Below are positions 1-11,651 of a DNA stretch of 64,000 bases, one piece after another (positions within the stretch are counted from its first letter, which is position 1; each line of letters starts with the position of its first letter). The position numbers were made by a program, and so were the translations under genes. The stretch comes from Octopus sinensis (Eukaryota), in contig NC_042999.1 of assembly GCF_006345805.1 (NCBI RefSeq), positions 135,098,001-135,162,000 of the forward strand, written 5' to 3'. The notes under the pieces are model-generated. The model was not told the origin of the DNA. It saw only the letters and a program-made list of their open reading frames with translations, and searched no databases.

Positions 1-1378
1 AGATAGATAGATGGATAGAGAGAGAGATAACAAAAGAGAAATAGACAGAATGTGAGTGAGAGAGAGAACAAAAGAATAAGGCAGAAATAGTGAGATCATT
101 TGTGATGTCACTGCGTCTTTAGTTATCTCTTCTCTCATTTCTCCCTCTATCCACCCCACCTCTGCATTTGATTAAAGTATTTTTAAAGTGTATCCTGATA
201 TATAAAATAATGGCATGATTAACTGACAGTATTAGTTTGTTACAAGAATGGAATACAGTGCTAAGACTTGTATGTATGTATTTTATCTATGTCTTTATGT
301 GTGTGTGTATGTAAAGATAGATAGATAGATAGATAGACAGGCAGACAGACAGATGCTAAAATCCAAGAGTTTTAAGCATACATTTTAAATTATTGTATAA
401 TCTGTTATGAGATTGTATCATATGAGATATATGGATGAAATTCATGCATTTTAAAAGCTAATACTATAAAAGCTGGTGATACTGAATTTTAGCAAAATTA
501 TCCTTGAAATTTTCATGGGTTTCACTAGACAAATAACAATCTACAGAAATATGGCTTTGTGTAAAGTTCAGTAAACTATAGAGAAAGGACGTTCACTCTT
601 AGTCTAAAAAGTTTAGTATATACTAGCAGATAACAAGACAAATGCTTTATCTAAATGTTTAAAAGGAGTTGTTGCCAATAAGTTTATAATTTTTTTCACT
701 CTTAACCTTATCTTTAGAGATGATAAATATTTTCTCTTTAATTACACCTACCCTATGTTTTGTGGTTTGATCTTCAATTGTCACCAAGTTGTGTGTACAG
801 TATAGGGCTGGATTTGAAGTTGGAGTCCATATTTCTTAACTAAAAATAATACATCCTTATGTACTAGGTAGCTGACTAATCTCTAAAGATGAGATTAATA
901 GCTTAAAAAATTATACTCTTATTACCTGCCTTGTTTAACATTTTACTGCTTCTCCATTTCTTTTAACCAATCAATTAATCTATAATGTGTGTGTGTGTGT
1001 GTGGTAAAATGTAAATATATAAAATATTTTTTTATTGCTTTTAATTTATAGGTAAATATCAGATTCTAAATTTTTTAGTTATTTACATTTCTTATTGTTA
1101 TGAACCATTACAAAACTTAGTTTAAGATTAAAATATACAGATGGTTTTAGTATATAATTAATAACATTATCTATATTCATAGAAAAGCTTGTGAAATAAT
1201 TTGTATTTGAAATTAATTTAAGCATGTACAGCACCCAAAATAAGTTTATATAAAATAGAATAAAGTTGCTTGTAAGCTTTTTAAAAGAAAAAAAAACAGT
1301 TAAGGGTGACGTGAGGGTTCATTTAACACACTGAATGCTTATGCAAATTATTTCTAGTCTTGCATCTTTCTGTCACAG

Positions 1379-1411
1379 GATCAAAAGGAGCGGTAGACAG
1401 TGGTGTAATTG
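1379..1411 (+). CDS. Candidate small upstream exon of the PLEKHM1-like gene (xSKGAVDSGVIx)
   Basis: Pyrimidine tract with TCACAG acceptor and G|GTAAG donor; 33 nt, open in phase 1->1. No homology recognised. Confidence 0.35.
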
Positions 1412-2404
1412 GTAAGCTATGTAAAAAACATTTCTGTTGTCACTCATTCATAGTATTGGAAACTAGTTTGTAAACAGTAGAAATCTCCAAGACAAAAAGG
1501 GACTGAAGTAGATATTGTAAAGCGTTTATTTCAGTATATTGCCCTTCTGTATTGTAATGTCACTTTGCTTTTCCTCCCTCTCAAAAGATGGAGATGGATG
1601 TCTGTGATACATACTTGTAACGACTGTGATTAAATCACTCAGTTTTCCATTTAAAAACTTTTTTTGTGAAATTGGTTTCATTTTCAAACCAGAAAATCTC
1701 ATAAGGTGAAGTAAATACTATTTCATTTGCTGTTCAAGTATTTTAACATGGATGGTTTTTATGGTGGTATTCAGATAATATTGAAGACATAAATAATTAT
1801 GTAATACTGTGATATAAAGATATTCTATATCAATATTATTTTCCATTGTGTTTATACTGTAGTGTGGTGTTCAGCTATTATTCCAAAGTGAGTGCTTGTA
1901 TTGTTACTTTGTATTATTTTGATATTATCAGATATTATTTTGAAAAGAATGGATGTGTGGTAGTTTGATTTTCAAATATTGTAACATGGGTAGTTCTGTG
2001 CTTGTCTGATGTTCAAAAAATTTCTTTGTCAAGACCAACTCACTATAATTTGCATTTGTTCATCTTTTGACAGCGTTACTCATGGTAGTCTAGTTGTAAC
2101 CAAGGAAATTAGGTATAGATGACTGGCTTGTGAGAGCCATGCAAGTTGTATACAGAGATGCCATCTGCAAGGCAAGAGCTAGCAATGTATTTAGCATACA
2201 GATAAGTATCCCCTCCTGTTTATTTACTTCTTCAGGACATAATAAAGGGGATCAGTATTGGTTGTTCATGAGAACTTCTGTAGGCTGATGACCTAATTTT
2301 CATAGGTCAAAGGATTAAAGGAATTTCAAAGCTAACTTAGCAGACATTTTAGTTTGCAGGAAATAAAATAGGACTGCACTGCTATCTGGGAAGTATCCAT
2401 ATTT

Positions 2405-3008
2405 GTTTGACAAGAGAGGAGTTGGTAACAATTCCATAGTGTACCTGGGTACTATGAAAGCATAATAAAGAACCTTAGTTAGAACAAGATGAAAAACGTT
2501 TAGGGAGCTGCTACCTCTGATGGTAACAAAGGGAATCTTCCTCCTAACAAAGAACAGATTCTACGATACTTGCATATGTAATATGACATTGTATGGTAAT
2601 AAAGCATGGGCATCGAATACTAGGATACATGAAAATTGGATGGAAATGAGGCAAGCATGCTCTGCTGGATATGTAATGATAGCATGCATGAATGCAGGAT
2701 CACAAAATAATTGAGAAAAAAATTAGGTATAAAAGAAGTTAGCTGTAATGTGCAAAAGAGGAGACTGTGCAAGTATGGACATGTGATGTATATGGAGGTT
2801 ATTGTTGGGTAAATAAATGCCAAATGAGTCAAGCGAAAGACACTTGCTGAAGCGAAAGACATGAGAAATAAGTGAAAGATGATTTCAGGAGGCTGAACTG
2901 CATGAAGGAGATAAGTGTTTGCAATAAATAGTAAGATCTTGTGCTAAAGAAAACCCATGAAAGCATGGCAAAACAGGCTACTGCTGCTGCTGATGATGAT
3001 GATGATGA
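2405..3008 (+). mobile_element. Degenerate RTE-clade LINE 3' fragment
   Basis: RELLPLMVTKGIFLLTKNRFYDTCICNMTLYGNKAW aligns by eye with RELLPLLVTKGLSLRAKGRLYDACVRTAMLHGSETW of the copy at 60.6-62.0 kb; ends in a (GAT)n tail. Confidence 0.8.
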
Positions 3009-3376
3009 CAGCTGCTGCTGCTTGTTGCTTGCTGTGGTGATGGTGGTGCAGTGTTCAGATATTCTAACATCTGTAGTTGCATGAATTCAGATAATATTCT
3101 GTCCTCAGTGGTTGTGTTGTGTCAGGACTGCAATTTTAGATGAAAATGTGATAAACTTACTCCCAATTTAATCAGTGCAGTGATATTGAAGAGCTAAAAT
3201 ATTTTATTTATTGTTATCTTTAATGGACACTTTTGCTACAGGTTGTGTGGTTCATAGAATAAAGCCATATCTGAATTATCAAAGATTAAGTAATGTCAGT
3301 GCTATAATCTGAGGATAGAAACCAGAAATGGTAAACATTATAATCTGAAACACAGTTTTATAAAAATAAACATGGC

Positions 3377-3402
<26 letters not shown>

Positions 3403-3407
<5 letters not shown>

Positions 3408-3620
3408 ATCCAAACATAAACAAAGAGAAAATACAACAATGCAAGGACGTGGAACAAGTATAGTATTATTGGACGCTCAGGAAAGGAAAGAAAGAAGGAG
3501 GATTTAACGTTTCGAGCAGAACTCTTCATCAGAAACATAGACAAGGAAAGGTCCAAGGAAGGGAAGACGGAGAAAGAAAATCGCCACTGATACACACACG
3601 GTCACATATTGAATGACCAG
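3403..3620 (-). mobile_element. Short Penelope-type non-autonomous element carrying a hammerhead-like motif
   Basis: - strand reads GTTT-CTGATGA-A-GAG-TTCTG-CTC-GAAAC-GTT-AAAT at 3536-3502; a related degenerate copy lies at about 6895-7070; flanked by TA/CA microsatellites. Confidence 0.6.
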
Positions 3621-3629
3621 AAGGGGGAT

Positions 3630-3662
<33 letters not shown>

Positions 3663-3887
3663 TATATACACAAAGGGGTGGATTTGTATGATTGTGTATA
3701 GAAGAATATATTACTCAAAGGAATTCCAACTCTGTTTTTTTATGTTTTATTTATATTCTAATATTATTAATATAGGATATTCATATAGGATATAGAATAT
3801 ATAGTAAGAAAGAAATGAAATGAAGTATTGATTGTCTATTTGAACAAATGAAATATTGAAAATTAAATATTAAATGTCTGTTCTCAT

Positions 3888-3930
3888 TGAACTAGTATAC
3901 TTTCTTGCATTTAAGCATTCATCAGGTTCA
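3888..3930 (-). ncRNA. Minimal type-I hammerhead ribozyme-like motif
   Basis: - strand TGAAC-CTGATGA-ATGC-TTAAAT-GCAA-GAAAG-TATA-CTA-GTTCA: 5-bp helix I, intact core, 3-bp helix II with an A.A closing mismatch, palindromic helix III AGTATACT. Confidence 0.6.
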
Positions 3931-3975
3931 GATTGTGACAGGAATGCTTTGACTGTGGAAGTTGAAGCACTCAAT

Positions 3976-4605
3976 GTAATTGACTGTCCCCCTCCCCCGA
4001 AATTTCAGGCCTTGTGCCTATAGTAGAAAGGATTATTATTATTATTATCATCATCATCATCATCTTCTTCAAGAAGGCGGTGAGCTGGCAGAATTGTTAA
4101 CATGCTGGGCCAAAATACTTAGCCTCTTTTCATCTTTCCAGGGTTGATAAAATAAGTACCAGTTAAACACAGGGGCCATTGTAATTGACTTATCCCCCCA
4201 AATTGGTAGCCTTGTGCCAAAATTTGAAATTTATAATTATTATTATTATTATGAGGAAAGCAGTGAGCTGGCAGAATTGTTAGCATGCTAGACAAAATGC
4301 TTAGTGGTTTTTCTTCTAGTTTTATGTTCTGCGTTCAAATGATGCTATGGTTGACATTACCCTTCATCCTTTATGATAAGTACCAGTTAAACGTGAAGGG
4401 GAGGGGCATTGGTGTAATTGACTAACCCCTCCTGTAAGTCAATTACATGCAACCTCAGCCAATGCCTAACTGGTACTTGTATTAAAGGATGAACGGTTAA
4501 GTCAACCTCGGCGACATTTGAAATTAGAATGTAAAACCAGAGAAAATGCCACTTAACATTTTGTCCATCATGCTATAATTCTGCCGGCTTACTGCCTTAT
4601 TTATT
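3976..4605. mobile_element. Cluster of tRNA-derived SINE copies (GAGCTGGCAGAA family): three direct plus one inverted
   Basis: Repeated GGTGAGCTGGCAGAATTGTTAGC head, GTTCAAAT box-B-like motif and GATAAAATAAGTACCAGT core with (ATT)n spacers; reverse-complement copy at about 4436-4605. Confidence 0.8.
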
Positions 4606-5297
4606 AACTTATTAATGGCTCATCCCTGTTATATAAATACTTTCACTTTAATTGTTGCACACTTGCAAAGAGAAAGTAGGAGAAAGTGTGGTGGTAATGG
4701 AAGGAGTGAAGCACTTGAAATGAGAGAGGCAAATCGTAAAATATTGAGTTTTCTCGAATTTTTGCTTAATTGGGGGTCAAATTGAAAAAATTTTACATGC
4801 CATGACCCAATCGAATCTACTTGGAAAAATCATAGGTAAATTCCAATTGAAGAAATTCTATATTGTAGAATTGTATTAAAAAGAAACATGGGAACAGGCA
4901 GAGAAAATCTGCCTTTTATCATAAGAGATAAGAGATATTCTTGATAGTAACCATTCAGCTATTTCATATAAATTGAATAATTTCAAACCATTATCAATAA
5001 ATCACTGACTTGTCATGCAATTGTATTTAATTTGTAAACAAATGACAAGCAGCATAGAGTTAATGTAGACTTCCTGTGTACCAAATCTATGATTTAATTC
5101 CAAGTCATTGTCTTGGTTAAAATTTATTTATTTCTTAAATTTCAACAGGAAGTTATAAATATTGTAAAACTTGCTTCCTCCCAACTCTTAAACCAATATT
5201 CCTGATTACACTTTAACAGGAAATTCTGAAAGTTGAAACATTGTCGGGGATTAATTTATGTCTTTATACAGCATATATATATATATAGAGAGAGAGA

Positions 5298-5801
5298 GGT
5301 GGAGGCACAATGGCCCAGTAGTTAGGGCAGCAGACTCGTGGTCGTAGGATTGCAGTTTCAATTCCCAGACTGGGCGTTGTGAGTGTTTATTGAGCGAAAA
5401 CACCTCAAGCTCCACGAGGCTCCAGCAGGGGGTGGTGGTGAATCCTGTTGTACTCTTTCACCACAACTTTCTCTCACTCTTTCTTCCTATTTCTGTTGTA
5501 CCTGTGTTTCAAAGGGCCAGCCTTGTCACACTCTGTGTCACGCTGAATCTCCCCGAGAACTACGTTAAGGGTACACGTATCTGTGGTGTGCTCAGCCACT
5601 TGCACATTAATAAATGAGCTGCAACATCACTGGTGCCAAGCTGTATCTGCCTTTTCCTTGGATAAGATCGGTGGCATGGAGAGGGGAGGCTGGTATGCAT
5701 GGGTGACTGCTGGTCTTCCATAAACAACCTTGCCCAGACTTGTGCCTTGGAGGGTAACTTTCTAGGTGCAATTCCATGGTCATTCACGACCGAAGGGGGT
5801 C
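5298..5801 (+). mobile_element. Chimeric tRNA-derived SINE
   Basis: 5298-5611 matches the SINE at 58749-59126; 5612-5801 matches the 3' part of the SINE at 41608-41958. Confidence 0.8.
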
Positions 5802-6014
5802 AATATATATATATATAGAGAGAGAGAGTTATTCTCTTGCTATGCTGGGGTTTTGGCTGTGATCACAGGGTCTTTCCTGTGAACACACATGTGAAACAAT
5901 GGAAGAACAAGAGATTGACTCAACCAAAATAAAAATATTGTTTACTCTGGTACTGAGTACTACATGTGTATGCTTGTGTGTGTGTGTAAATACATATATA
6001 CATATATATATATA

Positions 6015-6235
6015 TGAAGAGGTGCTGAAAAGTTCCTGGTTTTAGGTAAAAGAAAATATAGGAGGTTGATTAATTATGATTTTATTCAACATATCCCCCT
6101 CTCAGATTCACACACTTATTGCAGCAGTTCTTCAGTTTTTCTAAGCCCTTTAAAAAAACTCAGAAAGTTAGGCCTCCAACCAGGGCTTTTTGCATTACCC
6201 TTAAAACAGGAACTTTTCAGCCCTCCCCTCCTTTG
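6015..6235. mobile_element. Mariner-derived MITE
   Basis: Imperfect TIRs GAAGAGGTGCTGAAAAGTTCCTGG / CAGGAACTTTTCAGCCC with TA flanks; the interior contains the reverse complement of a mariner-like 3' end (GGGGGATATGTTGAATAA). Confidence 0.7.
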
Positions 6236-6258
6236 TATATATATATATATATATATAC

Positions 6259-6416
6259 AATATTAATTAACAGGAGATTGATTCAGTGTTAAATCTTTAT
6301 TGGGTACAACATATGTTTCAGGCCATCAGTCTGAGTCTCATCAGACTGATGGGTCGAAACATATATTGTACCCTATAAAGATTTAATACTGAATCCATCT
6401 CCTGTTAATTAATATT
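6259..6416. repeat. 158-bp fold-back palindrome with hammerhead-like core
   Basis: 76-bp arms 6259-6334 and 6341-6416 (7 mismatches counted) and a 6-nt loop; arm consensus gives CTGATGA-GAC...GTC-GAAAC-ATAT-GTT. Confidence 0.85.
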
Positions 6417-6437
6417 ATTACCCTATCTGCCACTGCA

Positions 6438-6720
6438 GTGGAGGCACATGGCCTAGTGGTTTGAGCAGCAGACTCGCGGTCAAGGGATCGCTGTTTTGAA
6501 TCTCAGACCAGGCGATGTGTGTGTTTATGAGCAAAACAACTAAGCTCATGCAGCTCCAGCAGAAGATAACAATGAACTTCTGCTGACTCTTTCCTTCTGT
6601 GTCTAGCAGCTCACCTGTGATGGACTGGCATCCTGTTCAGGTGAGGAACCTATATACTAATAAAACTGAGAAACCAGCCCTTATGAGCCAGGCATGGCTT
6701 GAGAAGGAACAAGCAACAAC
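6438..6720 (+). mobile_element. tRNA-derived SINE with a V-domain-like segment
   Basis: Head similar to 5298/58749; CCTGTGATGGACTGGCATCCTGTTCAGG at 6614-6641 resembles the V-SINE domain; (CAA)n-like tail; TSD CTGCCACTG at 6427-6435 and 6720-6728. Confidence 0.7.
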
Positions 6721-7519
6721 TGCCACTGTGGAGGTCCTGAAATAGATCCAACAGAAGTGTACCACGACTGCAGATGACAACAGATAGCCTAAACTGTGCC
6801 AGTGCTCTACTCAATATTTAAACACACAAATCGACTTATACTTATCTGTCCAAATCATTTTTTATTGCTATATATATATATAGTCAGATTGAACATTAAC
6901 AATAATAAAACAAGAGGACATGCATGTGGAATGCATTAGTTCAATGGTCAGAGAATGTGGGAAGAGAGGGTTTTTTGACATTTCAAACATAGCTCTTCAT
7001 CAGAAAGGAAAACAAAAAAGTCCAGAGATGGAAAAATATCACCAACGGCACATGTGTGATTGTTCTACTTGTTATTCAATATTATTATTTCCTGAAAGGT
7101 GGTAAATCAGAAAAATCAGTAAACCATCAGGGAAGATGCTTTGTGGTATACATATAGCTGCATTCCTTTACATTCTGAGTTCAAATCCCATCAAGGTCGG
7201 CTTTCTATTCTGTTCTGGGATCTATAAAGCAATTATCATTCATGTACTGGTGTTACAATAATTGATTGATATCTACTCCGTAAGTTGTGGCTTTGTGCCA
7301 ATGTTAGAATCATCACTGTTATTATTTATGTTGCAGCATCCCTTTTGTATTCTGATTTAGAATCCTGCCAAAGTTGGTTTTGCTGTTGATTCTCCAAGGG
7401 TTTAGAAAATAAATATTGGCCAAGTACTTAAGTTAATGTAATCAACTGTACCCTACTCTCCCCTAAATTTTGGTGTCTTTTATGTATATTATAAATCAGT
7501 ATTATTATATTCACTATAG

Positions 7520-7644
7520 CTGAAAGCTTTGAAACTCTTCTCAATAACTACCATGGTGAGCAATCCCTGTCACCAATTCCATTTGGAGAAATAGCTGAAA
7601 ATTCTCCTGAACAAAAAGAGAATACAGAAGAAAGATCTGAGAAG
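7520..7644 (+). CDS. Candidate upstream exon of the PLEKHM1-like gene (xESFETLLNNYHGEQSLSPIPFGEIAENSPEQKENTEERSEK)
   Basis: CTATAG acceptor and AAG|GTATTC donor; one open frame; acidic, protein-like composition; alternative donor G|GTGAGC at 7555. Confidence 0.5.
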
Positions 7645-9323
7645 GTATTCTAAGTTTTTAGTTAATATTCTAATCTGTTTCAATTTTTTTTTTTGTCATG
7701 GTTTTTTTTATTTCCAGCTCTGATTTACATGAAACTCTGGAAGAAGGTAGTGAGTTTTGTATTTTGAATGAATCTTAATATTTTACTATTACCTAATTAT
7801 CAATTCCTGATACTTACTAATTATACTCTTGCATTATTTAATAGCTACATTAAGTACAATACATTGTCAATCATTCTAAGAATTGTTGCTTGAAGGAACT
7901 TTTCAATCTTATTTATTCTGACAATGCACAAACTTCTCTTATCACTCTCTATTTAACTACACCAATCTTCTTTTATCTATTCATTAACCCTTCTAATTTT
8001 AGAGAGTCCTTACATGTTGTCAGCAGTACAAAGATTTAAAATTTGCCCTATTATATTTATGTTCTTTTCTTCTTTTTAATGTTTTACATCTATTTTTATG
8101 TATTATATGGGTGAGATGGCTATTAGAAATTTATACATTAGTATTTGATGGAACATTTATGCCCTTCCAACTGCTAATCACTGGATGGGGAAGTAGAAGT
8201 TAAAAGTATTTTGAAGATTGGTAATCAGAGGTAAACAGTTATGAGCCTTTCCTGGAGCATTACACAATAGCTGTTGTCAAGTTTGTATTCATGACCATGT
8301 GATCACTCACTGTTTTTCATCTTTCTATTGAATTGACCTGTTACACAAAGGGCCTTTGAAGACTGGTCACTGAATAGATTATTTGAAAGAATTGAAGTTT
8401 TAATTTGTAATATTTTAATAATAGAATTGGAAAAAAAAATTATTTGGAAAATTTTTAGTTAATTTGCATTGTAAGTTACTTTTGTTATCATTTTAGAATT
8501 TGAAATCCAAATATGGCCTACACTTTCACTACATTTTCCGTTAGTTTCAGCAATTAGCTTTACACTTACCATGTCTACATTATAAGTTAATCAAAACTTC
8601 AAAATTGAAATGTTTATCAGTAGTTAGAGCAGCAAATAGCTCCTAGGTAAGGTGCAACTACATTTATATTATGGTTCTGATCAGTATAACATAATTACTA
8701 AGAACATCAACAAATAGTGACAACAATTTCAGCAACATAGATACAGTGGCACCTGATTTTAACTAAATTTCTTTTAATAATGTCATTCAGTAACTAGAAT
8801 GACAAATTATGGACTTGGTCTTATCTTCTGGAAAAAATTGATAAAGGAAATATAAATTTATAGTGATGTTGACTATTTTATAATGTTAACACAAGGCACA
8901 GTGATTATGAAGTTTAAATTGCTAAACAGTCATAAGTTCAAATTTTGATATTGCCATTATGCTGTGCCCTTGGACGAAGCACATAAGTTTGTGTGTCTCA
9001 GTTTATTTGACTTAAAAAAAACAAAAGAAGTTTCTTATTTTGCAGTTAAGTGGTTGACAGTAGAAAGTATATCATGAAGTTACAATTTTTGTAACAGGTA
9101 AACCATCCCAGCCATGCAATTTTGAAAAAAAATGGATGTAAAGCAGTAAAATAAACTGAAGTTTTTAACCCCATTTCATGCAGAGGCAAGTCCTAGCAAA
9201 CAAATGTATATTTTCAGTGTTTTGTAATTTAAAAAAAAAAAAATTTTCTAGTAAGAATGTGCAAGCTTCACATGTCTTTGTATGCAAGCCTTAAAGTGTT
9301 GTGTGCACTTTGACATCTTTCAG

Positions 9324-9389
9324 GAAAGCATAGATAATTATGCTGACTTTGAAGTACTGAATGCTGCTTCTTTTCTTGTTCTGGATCCA
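9324..9389 (+). CDS. Candidate upstream exon (ESIDNYADFEVLNAASFLVLDP)
   Basis: CTTTCAG acceptor and CCA|GTGAGT donor; 66 nt, phase 0->0, compatible with the 7644 donor. Confidence 0.5.
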
Positions 9390-9683
9390 GTGAGTTCCCT
9401 CCTATTTCCTCATGTTATGTTTGTCTTCTTGATGTTTTTGTTATTGCTGTTAACTAATTCAGTCTGTAGTGTAAAGTTTGGTTTGATGTAGTTTCCTTCT
9501 TTGTACTCCATAAAATGAGGACTAAGTGTAAAACTATGCACTTGTCCTCAATTGAATACTGGTGTAGGTGGGGTCTTTTTCTCTTCTTTTCCATTTTTAT
9601 CTTTATTTAGCTTACTCTGTTCTTTATCCTTCTGCTTTATTAATATGTTGATGTTTTTAGTGCACAGTTTTGGTTTTGGACAG

Positions 9684-9714
<31 letters not shown>

Positions 9715-9716
<2 letters not shown>

Positions 9717-10590
9717 GGCAACTGACGGGCAGAATCCTCAACACACCAGGCTAAATGCTGAGCGGCATTTTGTCCATCTTTATAGTCTGAGTTCAAATTC
9801 TAGTGAGTTTGACTTTCCTTTTCATGCTTTTTGGGGTCCATGAAATAAGTACCAGTTGGGCATTAGGGTTCAGTGTAATCGACTTACTAACTCCCCAGAA
9901 ATTGCTGGCCTTGTGTCAAAACTCGAAACCATTATTATAATCATAGATGGTGAGAAGGCAGTGTGCTTGCTGAATCATTAGCATGCCAGACAAATTGCTT
10001 TGTGGCATTTCATGCATATTTACATTCTGAGTTCAAATTCCACTGAGGTTGACTTTGCCTTTCATTCTTCCAGGGTCTATGATATTAGTGTCAGTCAAGT
10101 ACTGGAGTCAATGTAATCAACTAGCCCCCTTACCCCTAGATTTCTGGCCTTGTGCCTGGAATAGAAAGGTTTATTAAAGATGGTAAGCTAACAGAATTAT
10201 TAGCACGCCAGCCAAAATGCTTTGTGGCATTTCTTCCTGTCTTATGTTCTGAGTTCACACCCATTAAAGCCAGCTTTACCTTTCAAGGTTGATAAAATAA
10301 GTACCAGATGAGTACTGGGGTCAATGTAATTGACTAGTCTCCTCTTACAAAATTTCACGTATTGTTCCTTTAGTAGAAAGGAAAGGCAGTGAGCTGGCAG
10401 AATCATTAGCATGCCAAGCAAAATACTGAGCAGCATTTCATCTGTCTGTATGTTCTGAGTTCAAATTCTGCCTGTCATCCCTCTGGAGTCAATAAAATAA
10501 GCACCAGTTACATACTGGGGTTGATATAATCGACTAGCCCCTTTGACAAGATTTTCAGGCCTTGTGCCTATAGTGGAAAGGATTATTATT
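9715..10590 (+). mobile_element. Head-to-tail array of four GAGCTGGCAGAA-family SINEs
   Basis: Heads near 9715, 9955, 10178 and 10381, each followed by TTCTGAGTTC.AA.TT and an AAGTACCAG-like core; (ATT)n at the array start and short ATT runs between units. Confidence 0.85.
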
Positions 10591-10849
10591 GTTATCATTA
10601 CTGCAGCACTGAAATTTAATATGCAACAGGCTTTGTGCTACTGTTTTTTTTTTCTTCTATTGCTCTTCTTGTGTGTGGTACACTTCTTATATATATATAC
10701 ACTTATGCAACTATGTATATGTATGAACAAATACATAAAAGAGTGCATATATGTATATGTTTGTGTGTATGTATACCCACAAACATATTCATACATGCAT
10801 ATATACATACATGCATGCTAATATTAGTACTACCATGGTATCTTAAAGA

Positions 10850-11651
10850 TAGCACATTGGCAGTGACTTGGTGTTGAGAGAGAATCGTGATGTCAAAGGA
10901 GAGAAATGTGTCTGCATGGATGATGGCTTACTAGCATTTAATGAGAGAGACTTGGAGACGCCATTATGAAAGGTTGCTAAATGAAGAGAATGAAAGGGAG
11001 AAAGAGAGTCTGCCAAATGTCAACCCAACAGAGGGACCAGCTATCCAAATTGAGAGTACCTTGGTAGATAGAGCAGTTAAGAGTATGAAGAGAGGGAAAG
11101 CCCCCGGCCTATCAGGAATTACTGCCAAGATGCTTAAAATATCTGGTGGTGTAGGCTATAGTCTGGTCACTCATATCGTCAATCAGATGATACATGAAGG
11201 AGTCATACTCAATGACTGGTGTAGCAGCACCATAGTCAACTGCTACAAAGGTAAAGGCGACGCATTAGATATGAATAATTACAGAGGTATCATATTGGTG
11301 GATCAGGTGATGAAAGTTACAGAGAGGGTCATAGCTCAACTAATTAGGGAGAGAGTTAATTTAGACGAGATGCAGTTTAAGTTTGTGCCAGGGATCAGCA
11401 CCAGTGATGCTATATTTCAAGTAAGACAGCTGTAGGAGAAGTACCCAACCAAAGATAAACCTCTGTACTTGGCTTTCGTTGTTATGGAGAAAGCCTTTGA
11501 CAGGGTCTCACAATCCCTTATCTGGTGGTCAATGTGGAAACTAGGGATAGATAAGTGGTTAGTGAGAGCTGTACAAGCCATGTACAAGTATACTGTCAGT
11601 AAGGTGAGGGTTGGCGACGAGTATAGTGAAGAAATCTGGATAGGAGTCCAT
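10850..11651 (+). mobile_element. RTE-clade LINE reverse-transcriptase N-terminal fragment
   Basis: ORFs 10941-11435 and 11469- are the same frame separated by one TAG: GKAPG, YKGKGD..NYRGI, EMQF.F, DAIF.VRQL*EKY, LYLAFV.MEKAFDRV, GVH. Confidence 0.93.
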
